Shown here piece after piece: positions 1-8,370 of a stretch of DNA of 10,000 bases. Position numbers and translations under genes: made by a program. The stretch is from Takakia lepidozioides. Taxonomy: Eukaryota; Plantae; Bryophyta. The notes under the pieces were generated by a model. It searched no databases and was not told the origin of the DNA. It worked only from the letters and a program-made list of their open reading frames with translations. Numbering within the stretch: position 1 is the stretch's first letter; each line of letters begins with the position of its first letter. Location: contig JAKLZA010000086.1 of NCBI GenBank assembly GCA_030704615.1, forward strand, positions 1 through 10,000. The letters run 5' to 3'.

Positions 1-144
1 TGTGATTGGGCTGTGTAACCTGTTGGCCCCCCTAAAGTGCGCTGTTGTCACCCCTAAGGCTCCTGTTGGTCTCAGTCTGTGCAAAAATTAAGGGTACCCC
101 ACAGATCCCGTAAAAGTGTCTAAGTCCCAAGCAGCCTTCTAACA
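1..144 (-). repeat. Start (U3 end) of the 3' LTR, truncated by the window edge
   Basis: Minus strand reads GAGAGGGGGAGGGG-TAAA-TGTTAGAAGG: a canonical TG start at 144, 4 nt after a polypurine tract. The second LTR is not in the window, so repeat identity cannot be confirmed. Confidence 0.8.
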
Positions 145-148
145 TTTA

Positions 149-162
149 CCCCTCCCCCTCTC
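149..162 (-). other. Polypurine tract (plus-strand DNA primer site)
   Basis: Plus strand cccctccccctctc = 14 consecutive purines GAGAGGGGGAGGGG on the minus strand, downstream of all ORFs and just before TGTT. Confidence 0.88.
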
Positions 163-183
163 AAAAAGCCGTGTCCTCACGGT

Positions 184-3100
184 TTACTGTTTGGGATTAG
201 CAAACCTTTGTGAGCGAGCACCCTTCTGACGTTGAGAGTCTCGTGAAGGACTCTGTGTGCGAGCCCGAGGTCTGTCACTGGTTGACGGAGATGATTGAAC
301 ACTACCTGGATATGTCAGGCCCTCTGGAGGCTGATATCGAGGTAATCTTTCAGGCATAGGAGACCCCCGTCGCTTCTTCTCTGCCATCTGAATTGCATAG
401 TCCTCTGCCATGTCAAAAGAGTCCGCTGAAGAAACAGTTGTATCAGAATCCTCATCGCCTCTCAGGTGTTTTAACGGTCGAACTTTTTGTGGAATCCTCT
501 GGGGCATACAATGTTGTCCCACCATGTCTGGAAGTTTAAACTGCAAAACTTGTTGTAAGCGCTGAATGGCAAAATTGGTGAAGACCCTGAGCTCCTTGTC
601 TGTCCAGGTGAGTGGGGTACCAATGACTTGTGAATTGTGCAAGTATTTCCATGCCTCATGTCCCTTAAAGAAAATATCGTCAGGCCGAATTTCTGTGTTG
701 ACAAATTGTTCCAGGCCGCATGAAACCATGAACGAATCTGAGAATCCTTTTGCATCATAACTTTTGCCTCATATAGGTACATATGAGGTGGCACTGAAGG
801 TAAGACCCAATGATCCCCACTGGAATAACTCAGAAAGCGCGATTGCATCTTCTGCTGCTCAATGTGATAACGTGCCAGAAAACAAGCAGCGTAGTATAAC
901 CCGCAGCCCATGACAATACTTGCTACCTCCTTGGTCTTGGTATAAATGAATCCATGTACAACTTGGAAGGCAATTAATTCCTTCAACATGGTACTCTGCC
1001 TCCTGCCAGTACCTCGCAAAGTGATGATCCTCAATGGGTCGATTGTTCGGAAGAACTTTAGTCCTAGTTGCCACTGGCAGCCAAATGCGCATGATTTGAT
1101 AGTAATGTGCCAACGACTGTGGAGGACTAAATTCTTTCCAAGCCAAATCCAACACAATGGGAATTTGGTTGAAGGGCATAATCATAGCCCGACTGTACTC
1201 CCGTGCAGCATGAGTTTTAGGTGGGTTAAAAGCAGCATTCCCCCATACCTCAGGCTGTGGTGGCTGTGGTGTGGCTGTAGTAACAACAGGGTCAGCTACT
1301 CACAGTGACTTGTTGTGGTGTTGGTGGCACTGGCTCTTGTACCACTGGCATCTCCTGCACCCCCTGCGAAGAAGACTGAAAAGCCAAAGTTCTGGCTTGT
1401 AAATAAGAAGCCATCAGCTGCTCCTCAGGTACAAAGACTCTTTTGTCAATATTTGATGTCAGGTCCTCCACCTGAGTCTGCAGGCCGTCTACATCCTCTT
1501 GTAGCTCCGCTATCCTACTATAGACATTGTCTATAGTAGTTGTGGCAATGTTCTGCACTTGCAGTCTGAGCTCATTCATCTCGCTTTGGGTGAGCTTTCG
1601 TGGTGCCTTGCCCTCCACCGGCCCTTGTGCTAACCAGACCTGCTTGTGGCCCCCTTAGAGTCTGCTCCTCTGTGAGCCTGTACACATCTATCTTGCTGTA
1701 GTAAAGCCTCCATGCGCTTCGCATGAGGTTCAACCAAACTCGCATAGGCAGCAGCCAGATTATTGGCTTCTTTCCAAGCCTTGTTAGCCACAGAGAGTTC
1801 ATTTCTATTTGGACCATGAGCGTTTGTTGCAACTCCAGGATGTACCTCTCTTGGTCAGCTTCAACCTGCCTGTATTGCTTGAAAGTATTCTCATTGCGAC
1901 AGATTGTATTCTTCATATCAACAATGAGTTTCGCTTGCTCGACATTCTCTGCCTCTGCCTTCGTAATCTTTCCGCTTGACTGTTAACTTCTAATGTAGTT
2001 TGCTCAAGCGTAGTTGTGAGTGTAGCACATTGTATGGCCATCCTGTCATGCACTGTCTGCAACTCCGTATGTAGTGCATTCACTTCTTGCAACTTGCTTT
2101 CATGCTTCACCTGCATTTGGTATAGCTGTTGCTTATGTGCTTCGTGCAACTGGTCTTGCGCGAGGCCTGCCTCAATCAATTGTTCCTTGGCCAATTGCAA
2201 AGCAGCTTTTGTACTCTCTAAGTCTTGCTGTATCTTGAGAGTGACCTCCTCATCGACCTTGTTTGCACACTCAGTGGCAAGTCGAGCCTCAAACTCCTTC
2301 CTGAGTTCCTCCCTCAAAGCTGCCAATTGGGTAGTTGGAACATGGGATTTGACATAAGTGCCCAACAAATTAAGTGTCCTGCTTATGGAACTCATAAGCA
2401 TGGCCTGTTGAGGGTCATCATGGTGAGCTTGCTGCTGTTCTCCCTGATCCTCAACAGTGTGATGCCTCACGAACCATTCAGGCCATTGCCCCACCAGATT
2501 TTCTTCCTGAACCACTTCATCCGTCACAGGTGCTGCAGTGTCTTGACATTCTACCTGTGGTACCTCCGTCACAGGTGTGTGTATTATATGCACAGCAGGG
2601 TTTCCCCTGGACAACCGCTGCACCTCTGGAATCATTGTTTCCCTGACCAAACCAGAATTTTCATAGAGAAGGTCCCCCTTCTCAATTTCTGCCACCACCT
2701 GTTCTGTAGTGGGGATATCTAACCCTTCTTTCTCCAAATCAATTATTTGTGGTGGAACTGCATGGACAACTTGTGGTAACTCTGTGACAAGCCGATCATC
2801 TGGCTGTGATGGCTGTGATACTGAAGTAACTTCCTCTTCCCTCTCTGAAGGCCCTGCTTCCAATAATAGCAGCTCTCTGTGCTGCTGTGCCCCTTCCTGC
2901 ACAAGAGCTTGGGAAACATTATCATGCGGTTTCCGTGAAGCCAGTGGATCCGCCACTACAGTCTTTCCCCGCCTCTGTCTCTTAGACTGGGGTTGCCCTG
3001 CCAGTCCACCCTCACTGTGTGAAGAGCCTTGCTCTTCCATTGCAGTGGTTTCGGTCTCAAACACTCCCATCTCCTTTCTTTCCCGAGCATCAAGTATGCA

Positions 3101-3931
3101 AGAATCAAGAATTATTTGAGCAATGATTGGGCCAGACACTATGATAGGAGACTTTGCGGCAGTGCCCTGTAATCTTTTCATCTCCTCTACCAGTGCGTTG
3201 TACATTATGTCCGCCCATGCTACCTCTTCTCCTCTCAGGGCTTTGAGTATTTCCTCTGTGAAGGATCTGCTCAAATACTGTTGGTTCTGTTTCATGGCAA
3301 ACAGAACGTTCAATACCTGGCCTACCTCCCTTAGCCCTGGGTACACGGCCTTGGTACAAGCATAACCCTGAGTTTTAAAGAAACTCCCTTCTTGGAATAA
3401 GTCCCCTATTTGCAGTCTTGCCCTGTGCTCCTCCACATGCACCTGACCTGATGGCAATTCAAACAATTGCTGTAGGTATAGGGGAGTAATTTCTAATTCA
3501 ACTCCCTTCACCGTTGTTGCTCCTGTCCTAGGCTCAAAGTTCTGCAAGAATTGTAACATGTACTGCCTATGGTGCAATGTCCAATCTTTGCTTTGCAATC
3601 CTTCTAATCGCAGCTCCTTCAGTAACTGTACCGCCTGTGGAGTAGCAATCGTTTGTTTCTGCAGGATTGTGGTGCTCTTCACCCTGATTTCTTCCATTCC
3701 TCTCACTCTCTTCATTCTAGACCCACAGAAAGGTTTTGGCTGTAACAATTGAAGAAATGCCTGCAGGGCACAAAGCATAAACGTATGGTTGCCACAAAAT
3801 GCTATGGGTAATTTCTTGTAAGCCTGCGGGGCTTGCAAGCATCGATTAAGAGAAAAGATACTCTCTGTTCTTCTATCCCCGTGCCACTGCGTAAGTAGTA
3901 TCGCGAGCGTATAGTCTGTTAGTTCCTCCAT
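184..3931 (-). CDS. Accessory (ORF2 / 'env-like position') protein of about 1250 aa, frameshifted in this sequence; N-terminal Transposase_32/ATHILA-like domain, coiled coil, unknown C-terminal domain
   Basis: ORF 1913..3931 (672 aa) continues through 1572..1916, an unlisted frame (RNELSVANKAWKEANNLAAAYASLVEPHAKRMEALLQQ), 1292..1618, 859..1185 with its upstream extension (VADPVVTTATPQPPQPEVWGNAAFNPP), 471..1157 and 184..729. Frame switches fall near 1970, 1810, 1692, 1635, 1300, 985 and 763. The start could instead be the ATG at 3715 (MKRVRG). Confidence 0.75.
3105..3585 (-). other. Putative plant transposon protein domain (Transposase_32 / ATHILA ORF-like) within the accessory ORF
   Basis: QFLQNF..TTVKGVELEITPLYLQQLFELP and ILKALRGEEVAWADIMYNALVEEM..IIVSGPIIAQII match, by eye, the family pattern 'EFY.N..V.G..I.......LGLP ... 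I..G..I.....I......P.LIT.L'. Not HMM-verified. Confidence 0.55.
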
Positions 3932-4189
3932 AGCTTCAAAGCTATAGCATTGATGGTCTGTCCCGTCGTGACGCCCGTTACTTGGAACGACGCCGACTCT
4001 TGCGCTTAAAATTCCTCCATTTTCTTGATCTGCTTCTGGCTTTTGATTGGCTGTAACTGCTGTGACTGGATTTTAGATTTAATTTCCTTCCATGGATTTC
4101 CACTCTGGACTGTCCACTAGGATAGCACATGTGACATGGATTTCGCTTTTCGGTACTTTTTAAGGGTTCCGTTACCCTTTCCCGTATGC

Positions 4190-4390
4190 ATTAATGGGCC
4201 CATAATAAGTTAATGTGTCGGGTAGGTACTTTGACGGCCAATTTTGTCTTTTCCCTTGATGACAGTCGCCCTTGCAATCCATGTCCGGCTGTGTGTCTCG
4301 CCCTGGCGTCCACGTGTCCATTTCTACACGTGCCTTTGTCCACTTTTCCGCTGGCCACTCTCCGGATGTTAACCCACGTCCACCTGTCAC
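4190..4390 (-). promoter_or_regulatory. Putative internal promoter/enhancer for the accessory ORF
   Basis: G-boxes CACGTG at 4311-4316 and 4327-4332, a further ACGT core near 4376, palindromic site-II-like ATGGGCCCAT at 4194-4203, and repeated GTCCAC. No convincing TATA box seen. Confidence 0.4.
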
Positions 4391-4418
4391 TGATCCTATG
4401 GATTGTGTAACCCTAGTA

Positions 4419-4693
4419 GGCTGTGTTGTGCTGTGACAGGCTGTGTCATACTGTGGTACGCTGTGATAGTGTGTGGCATTGTGGTAAGCTGTGATAGGCT
4501 GTGACACGCTGTGATGGTTGTGATAGGCTGTGTTGCGCCGTGCTGGGCTGTGATAGCTGTGTCGCGCCGTGCTGGGCTGTGAATGTGTGTTGCGCCGTGC
4601 TGGGCTGTGATAGGCTGTGTTGCGCGTGCTGGGCGTGATAGGTGTGTGGCCGTGGGCTGTGATAGGCTGTGTGCGCCGTGCTGGGCTGTGATA
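4419..4693. repeat. Tandem array: ~10-bp GCTGTG-NNNN units with a 30-bp higher-order repeat GCTGTGATAG-GCTGTGTTGC-GCCGTGCTGG
   Basis: Directly visible: gctgtgttgt gctgtgacag gctgtgtcat actgtggtac gctgtgatag..., then 5-6 imperfect copies of the 30-mer from ~4518 to 4693. Confidence 0.95.
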
Positions 4694-4714
4694 CTGTTCG
4701 CACTGCCGCCCTGG

Positions 4715-6742
4715 TCATATACGCTCGGCCTCGACAAGTGCTCCATACTCTGTTGGTATCACTGGCGCAGCCCGTGACTGCTTTTGCGTTTCAACATGCA
4801 AATCATGCTGCAATGGTTTGTCATGGATACCACTGTACCCCTTCAACTTATTGGCATTGACTCTTCCCAGCATCTCTTTGTTAATGGTTTGTAACATGGC
4901 GGTGTTGTTATCATACATCTTCTGTATGACATAAGGTCCTTTCCATGGTGATTTAAGCTTAGAAGCTTTAATCTTTCCCTTCTTCTGCAACCAGAGAACC
5001 AAATCTCCCGTCTTAAAAGTCTTTAACTTGCCTTCATCAAACTGTTCCTTTCTCTTCATCTGAATTCTGGTCATGTTATCAGCTGCATCAGCACGTACTT
5101 CTTCCACATGGTATAATTCATGTTTCCTGACCTTAATTGAATCTTGCAATTCCATTCTCTTTCCCCATTCCGTTCTCATGGTAGGTAACAGGAATTCCAC
5201 TGGAAGTAAAGCTTCCATACCATAAACTAATTGGAATGGTGTATACTTAGTGGTGACTTTATATGAAGTCCTGTATGACCACAAAGCTGTCAGCAGCTTT
5301 GTATCCCAATCCGTTCTGTTTGCATTGACTATCTTAGCCAAGATAGTACATAGTATTTTGTTGGTAGCCTCTGCCTGCCCATTACCCTGTGGGTAATATG
5401 TTGTACTCTTCCTATGCACAATCATGAACTCTTTAGTCAATAATTCAATGGTCTCATTAATGAAGTGACTTCCCTGATCACTGATAAATTCCAAGGGACA
5501 GCCAAATCGTGTAAGTATGTTCTCATACAGGAACCTTGCTGTGGACTTGGCTGTGTTGTCCCTCAAAGCTTTAGCTTCCACCCACTTCGTAGTATAATCA
5601 GTGGCTGTAATTATGTACCTGTTCTGTGTATTCTTGGCTGGTGGGTTAATTGGTCCAACAAAGTCTAGTCCCCATTTCTGAAATGGTTCCGTAGGCATTG
5701 TAGGATGCAAAGCCATCTTCCCAGATCTCTGCAAAGGTCCTAGCCTCTGACATTCATCACAACTCTGACAATACTTGTGTACATCTTTGAACAAAGTAGG
5801 CCACCAGTAACCTGCATGTAGTATCTTCCTACTGGTAGTCTCTTCTCCAAAATGACCTCCTGCCACTCCTTTATGAACTTCCTCCAAAACTTTATTAACT
5901 TCATGGTGGTATAAGCATCGCTTCAGCACTCCATCTGGTCCTAGCTTATACATTCTGCTCCCTACCATAGTGTAAGGTAGAGCCTTGATAGCAATTCTCT
6001 TTCTCTGCTCCTTTCCATAACTTGGTGGGCACTGACCATGAGCAAGGTAGTATCTGATTGGCCACTGCCAATCTAACCAGTCATCTGCACTTCCCTGCAC
6101 CTCCACTGCAAATAGACTCGCATCTGGTAATTGATCATCTACTCCCGTGGCTGGTTCTCCTGTTGATAACCGTGACAAGTGATCCGCCACAAGATGCAGC
6201 CTCCCAGGCTTGTAAACAACCTCGAACTCAAACTCGTGCAAGATTATCAACCATCTTGCTATTCTTCCGCTTATCAGAGGTTTGTTTACCAGGTATATCA
6301 GAGCCTGGTGATCCACATAGAACATAAACTTCTTGCCCAACAGGTAATGCCTGAATTTCTTCACTGCATAGATCATTGCCAATGCTTCTCTTTCCGTTGT
6401 GCTATAATTTCTTTCGGCATTGTTCATCAATCGGCTAGCATAGTACACAGGTGAATCTATCCTTCCTGTAACATTTTGGGCTAACACTGCTCCTAGTGCT
6501 TCTCCAGAAGCATCACAGTGAACATGAAATATTTCCTGCCAGTGAGGATTAATCAGCACAGGTGTAGTTGTTACTGACAATGTAAGTTCCTCAAAAGCCT
6601 GTTGACATTCAGGTGTCCATGCAAACACTGCATCTTTCTTCAGAAGTTTGCTCAATGGTGCTGCTATCTGTGCATACCGTCTGACAAATCTTCTGTAATA
6701 GCTGGTTTGTCCAAGGAATCTCCTTAGACTCTTAACATTCAC
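4715..6742 (-). CDS. pol: Pol C-terminal half: RT thumb/connection, RNase H (~6167-6530) and integrase (~4840-5880); intact 675-aa stretch
   Basis: RH motifs HCDASG.ALGAVL, YASR..NNAERNYSTTEREALA, YVDHQAL, ADHLSR. Integrase HHCC (H..GGH..YWW..CQSCDEC) and DDE triad GLDFVG / ISDQGSHF / NGQAE with exact D(35)E spacing, followed by WKGPY. Confidence 0.97.
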   Translation of the reverse strand: MNVKSLRRFLGQTSYYRRFVRRYAQIAAPLSKLLKKDAVFAWTPECQQAFEELTLSVTTTPVLINPHWQEIFHVHCDASGEALGAVLAQNVTGRIDSPVYYASRLMNNAERNYSTTEREALAMIYAVKKFRHYLLGKKFMFYVDHQALIYLVNKPLISGRIARWLIILHEFEFEVVYKPGRLHLVADHLSRLSTGEPATGVDDQLPDASLFAVEVQGSADDWLDWQWPIRYYLAHGQCPPSYGKEQRKRIAIKALPYTMVGSRMYKLGPDGVLKRCLYHHEVNKVLEEVHKGVAGGHFGEETTSRKILHAGYWWPTLFKDVHKYCQSCDECQRLGPLQRSGKMALHPTMPTEPFQKWGLDFVGPINPPAKNTQNRYIITATDYTTKWVEAKALRDNTAKSTARFLYENILTRFGCPLEFISDQGSHFINETIELLTKEFMIVHRKSTTYYPQGNGQAEATNKILCTILAKIVNANRTDWDTKLLTALWSYRTSYKVTTKYTPFQLVYGMEALLPVEFLLPTMRTEWGKRMELQDSIKVRKHELYHVEEVRADAADNMTRIQMKRKEQFDEGKLKTFKTGDLVLWLQKKGKIKASKLKSPWKGPYVIQKMYDNNTAMLQTINKEMLGRVNANKLKGYSGIHDKPLQHDLHVETQKQSRAAPVIPTEYGALVEAERI

Positions 6743-7560
6743 TGGTGGTGGAGAGGCTTTAATGGCCTCTGTTTCCTGGGATCCACAAGAAGTCCCCTCT
6801 TACACACAATGTGTCCCAGAAGCACCCCTGAGTTCACACAGAAAGTACACTTCTCTGGATTCAGGCCCAGACCTCTCATCCTGCATCTGGCCAGACATAA
6901 CTCCAATTTATGCAAGTGCTCATTCTTGAGAGCTGACTGAAATATCCTAAGAACACCAATTTATGCAAGTGCTCATTCTTATAGAGCTGTACCCAACAAT
7001 CATCCAAAACACCTGCATGAAAATCATCCATATACTCATGAAAAGATTCACTTATCACTCTTTGAAAGGTTGCTGGTGGCATTACAAGTCCAAAGGGCAT
7101 TACTTTGTATGCATAAGCACCCCAGTCTGTGATTAAAGCTGTCTTTCCCTGGTCTTCTTCTTCGTCTGCCACTTGCACTTGATTATAACCATTGAAGCCA
7201 TCCATGAATGAGTACATCTCATGGCCTACCACAGTGTCCAATACTGCTTCTGTGAATGGCAAAAGGGAAATGATTTTTCTTCGTACAAGCATTCAGCTTC
7301 TTGTAGTTCACAACCAAACTCTTAGTTTACCATTCGTCTTGGGAACTATCACATGGGTGACAACCAAAGTTGTATACTCTATTGGGTATATAACTTAGCC
7401 TCAGCCAACTATTGATCTTTCCCACCTTCTGTGCATAGTTGGGATTCACCTTGCCTGCTTATTTGGACTGATCCTGGTTCCAGTTCAATCTTATGTTCAG
7501 ATCTCAGGTGGTATCCCTTTTAGATCCTCGTAGCTCCAAGCAAATACATCTATGTATTTG
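6743..7560 (-). pseudogene. pol: Reverse transcriptase domain, broken by many small indels
   Basis: Recognisable motifs across frames: DVFAWSY.DLKGIPP, NPNYAQKV, PK.NGKLRV, LPFTEAVLD.VVGHEMYSFMDGFNGYNQ, DQGKTA.ITDWG.Y.YKVMPFGL, PATFQR, (VF)LDD at ~6999-7012, LNPEKC.FCV.SGVLL. Confidence 0.92.
6905..7013 (-). repeat. Imperfect tandem duplication (56 + 53 bp) spanning the RT catalytic motif
   Basis: The exact 25-mer ccaatttatgcaagtgctcattctt occurs at 6903-6927 and 6956-6980. Both copies begin GGTGTT on the minus strand. Confidence 0.85.
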
Positions 7561-8067
7561 ATTAACAAACTCTTATCTTCTTCTTCAAAGAATTCTGGCT
7601 CCAATCAGCTCCTACCTCACCATCCTCGGTTCCTCTTCAGTTCCCACAGTCACTTCCCTCACCTGCTCATCAGCTGTGATTGTCCAAACCATTCACACTT
7701 CATCCTGTAAACTCACAGTGGCTGGTTCCTCTAGGATTTCCATTTCTCCTTCTCTTTCTTCATAGAAATGTGATGGGTAACTGCTGGTTTCCTCTTCAGT
7801 TGGTGTTGCTGACACTACACCACAGCAGATACCTCTTAAACAACTTAGGCCTTCAAGCAGCATCTCTCTGCACCTGCTCCCACTCTGGGTTGTGTAGCAA
7901 ACAGGGTAGTTTCCTGCTCCTCATCCAGTCCCCTCTCCAGTCATACTCTCTGACCCCCTCGAGGTCTTCTCGTAGCAGGTAATCTACTAGATTTCTTTGT
8001 GGTAATTTGTATCTCGTGCATCCCATTATGCACGGTTAGTACCTGAGAATCCAGTCATGAATACCCT

Positions 8068-8370
8068 GGCCTGTTCAGCCACGGACGTCCCAATAATAAG
8101 GAGTAAGCCTCCATGACTTCATCCATCTTCAACACAGTTACTATGATCATAAAGATCATCTTTTGTATCTGTATCTTAACTCCTCTTATCAATCCCAATG
8201 GCTGTACACTCCTTTGATCTGCCATTGTTACTGTAAATGTGGCTAGTTTCATGTTACTTAGACCAATCTTCTTTCTTAATTGGTCTGTCATGATATTTAC
8301 TCAGAGCCTCCATCTATCAGTACATCAGTTAGTTCTGTGCTTCCAATTCTCAATTGGATTACTGGCATAG
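8068..8370 (-). pseudogene. Retropepsin aspartic protease, one frameshift just after the active site
   Basis: DVLIDGGS (catalytic Asp at 8312-8314) then VNIM, TMADQRSVQPLGLI and the closing YSLLLGRPWL motif. Confidence 0.9.

Noticed and set aside
870-930. Transmembrane helix or true envelope glycoprotein (VASIVMGCGLYYAACFLA)
   Set aside because: Only moderately hydrophobic and short. No signal peptide or fusion-protein pattern is visible, so it is more likely a buried helix.
566-3752. Plus-strand ORFs as an antisense gene (as in some Tat/Retand elements)
   Set aside because: They are short Ser/Cys/Leu-rich shadows of the Glu/Gln/Lys-rich minus-strand coding frame, with no domain features.
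3761-3981. Intron joining the 50-aa basic uORF to the accessory ORF (donor AA|GTAACG)
   Set aside because: The donor is weak and the join would be out of frame with the long ORF.
4419-4693. CRISPR-like array
   Set aside because: Units are contiguous 10/30-bp tandem repeats with no unique spacers and no cas genes, and the context is a eukaryotic retroelement.
4715-4850. Chromodomain at the integrase C-terminus
   Set aside because: Only ~40 aa follow the GPY/F module, with no aromatic-cage or YLVKW-like motif.
4172-4860. Overlapping ORFs on both strands (4172..4507, 4213..4410, 4396..4746, 4446..4718, 4583..4777, 4669..4860)
   Set aside because: Mostly by-products of a stop-poor tandem repeat and its flanks; indels between units do not preserve frame.
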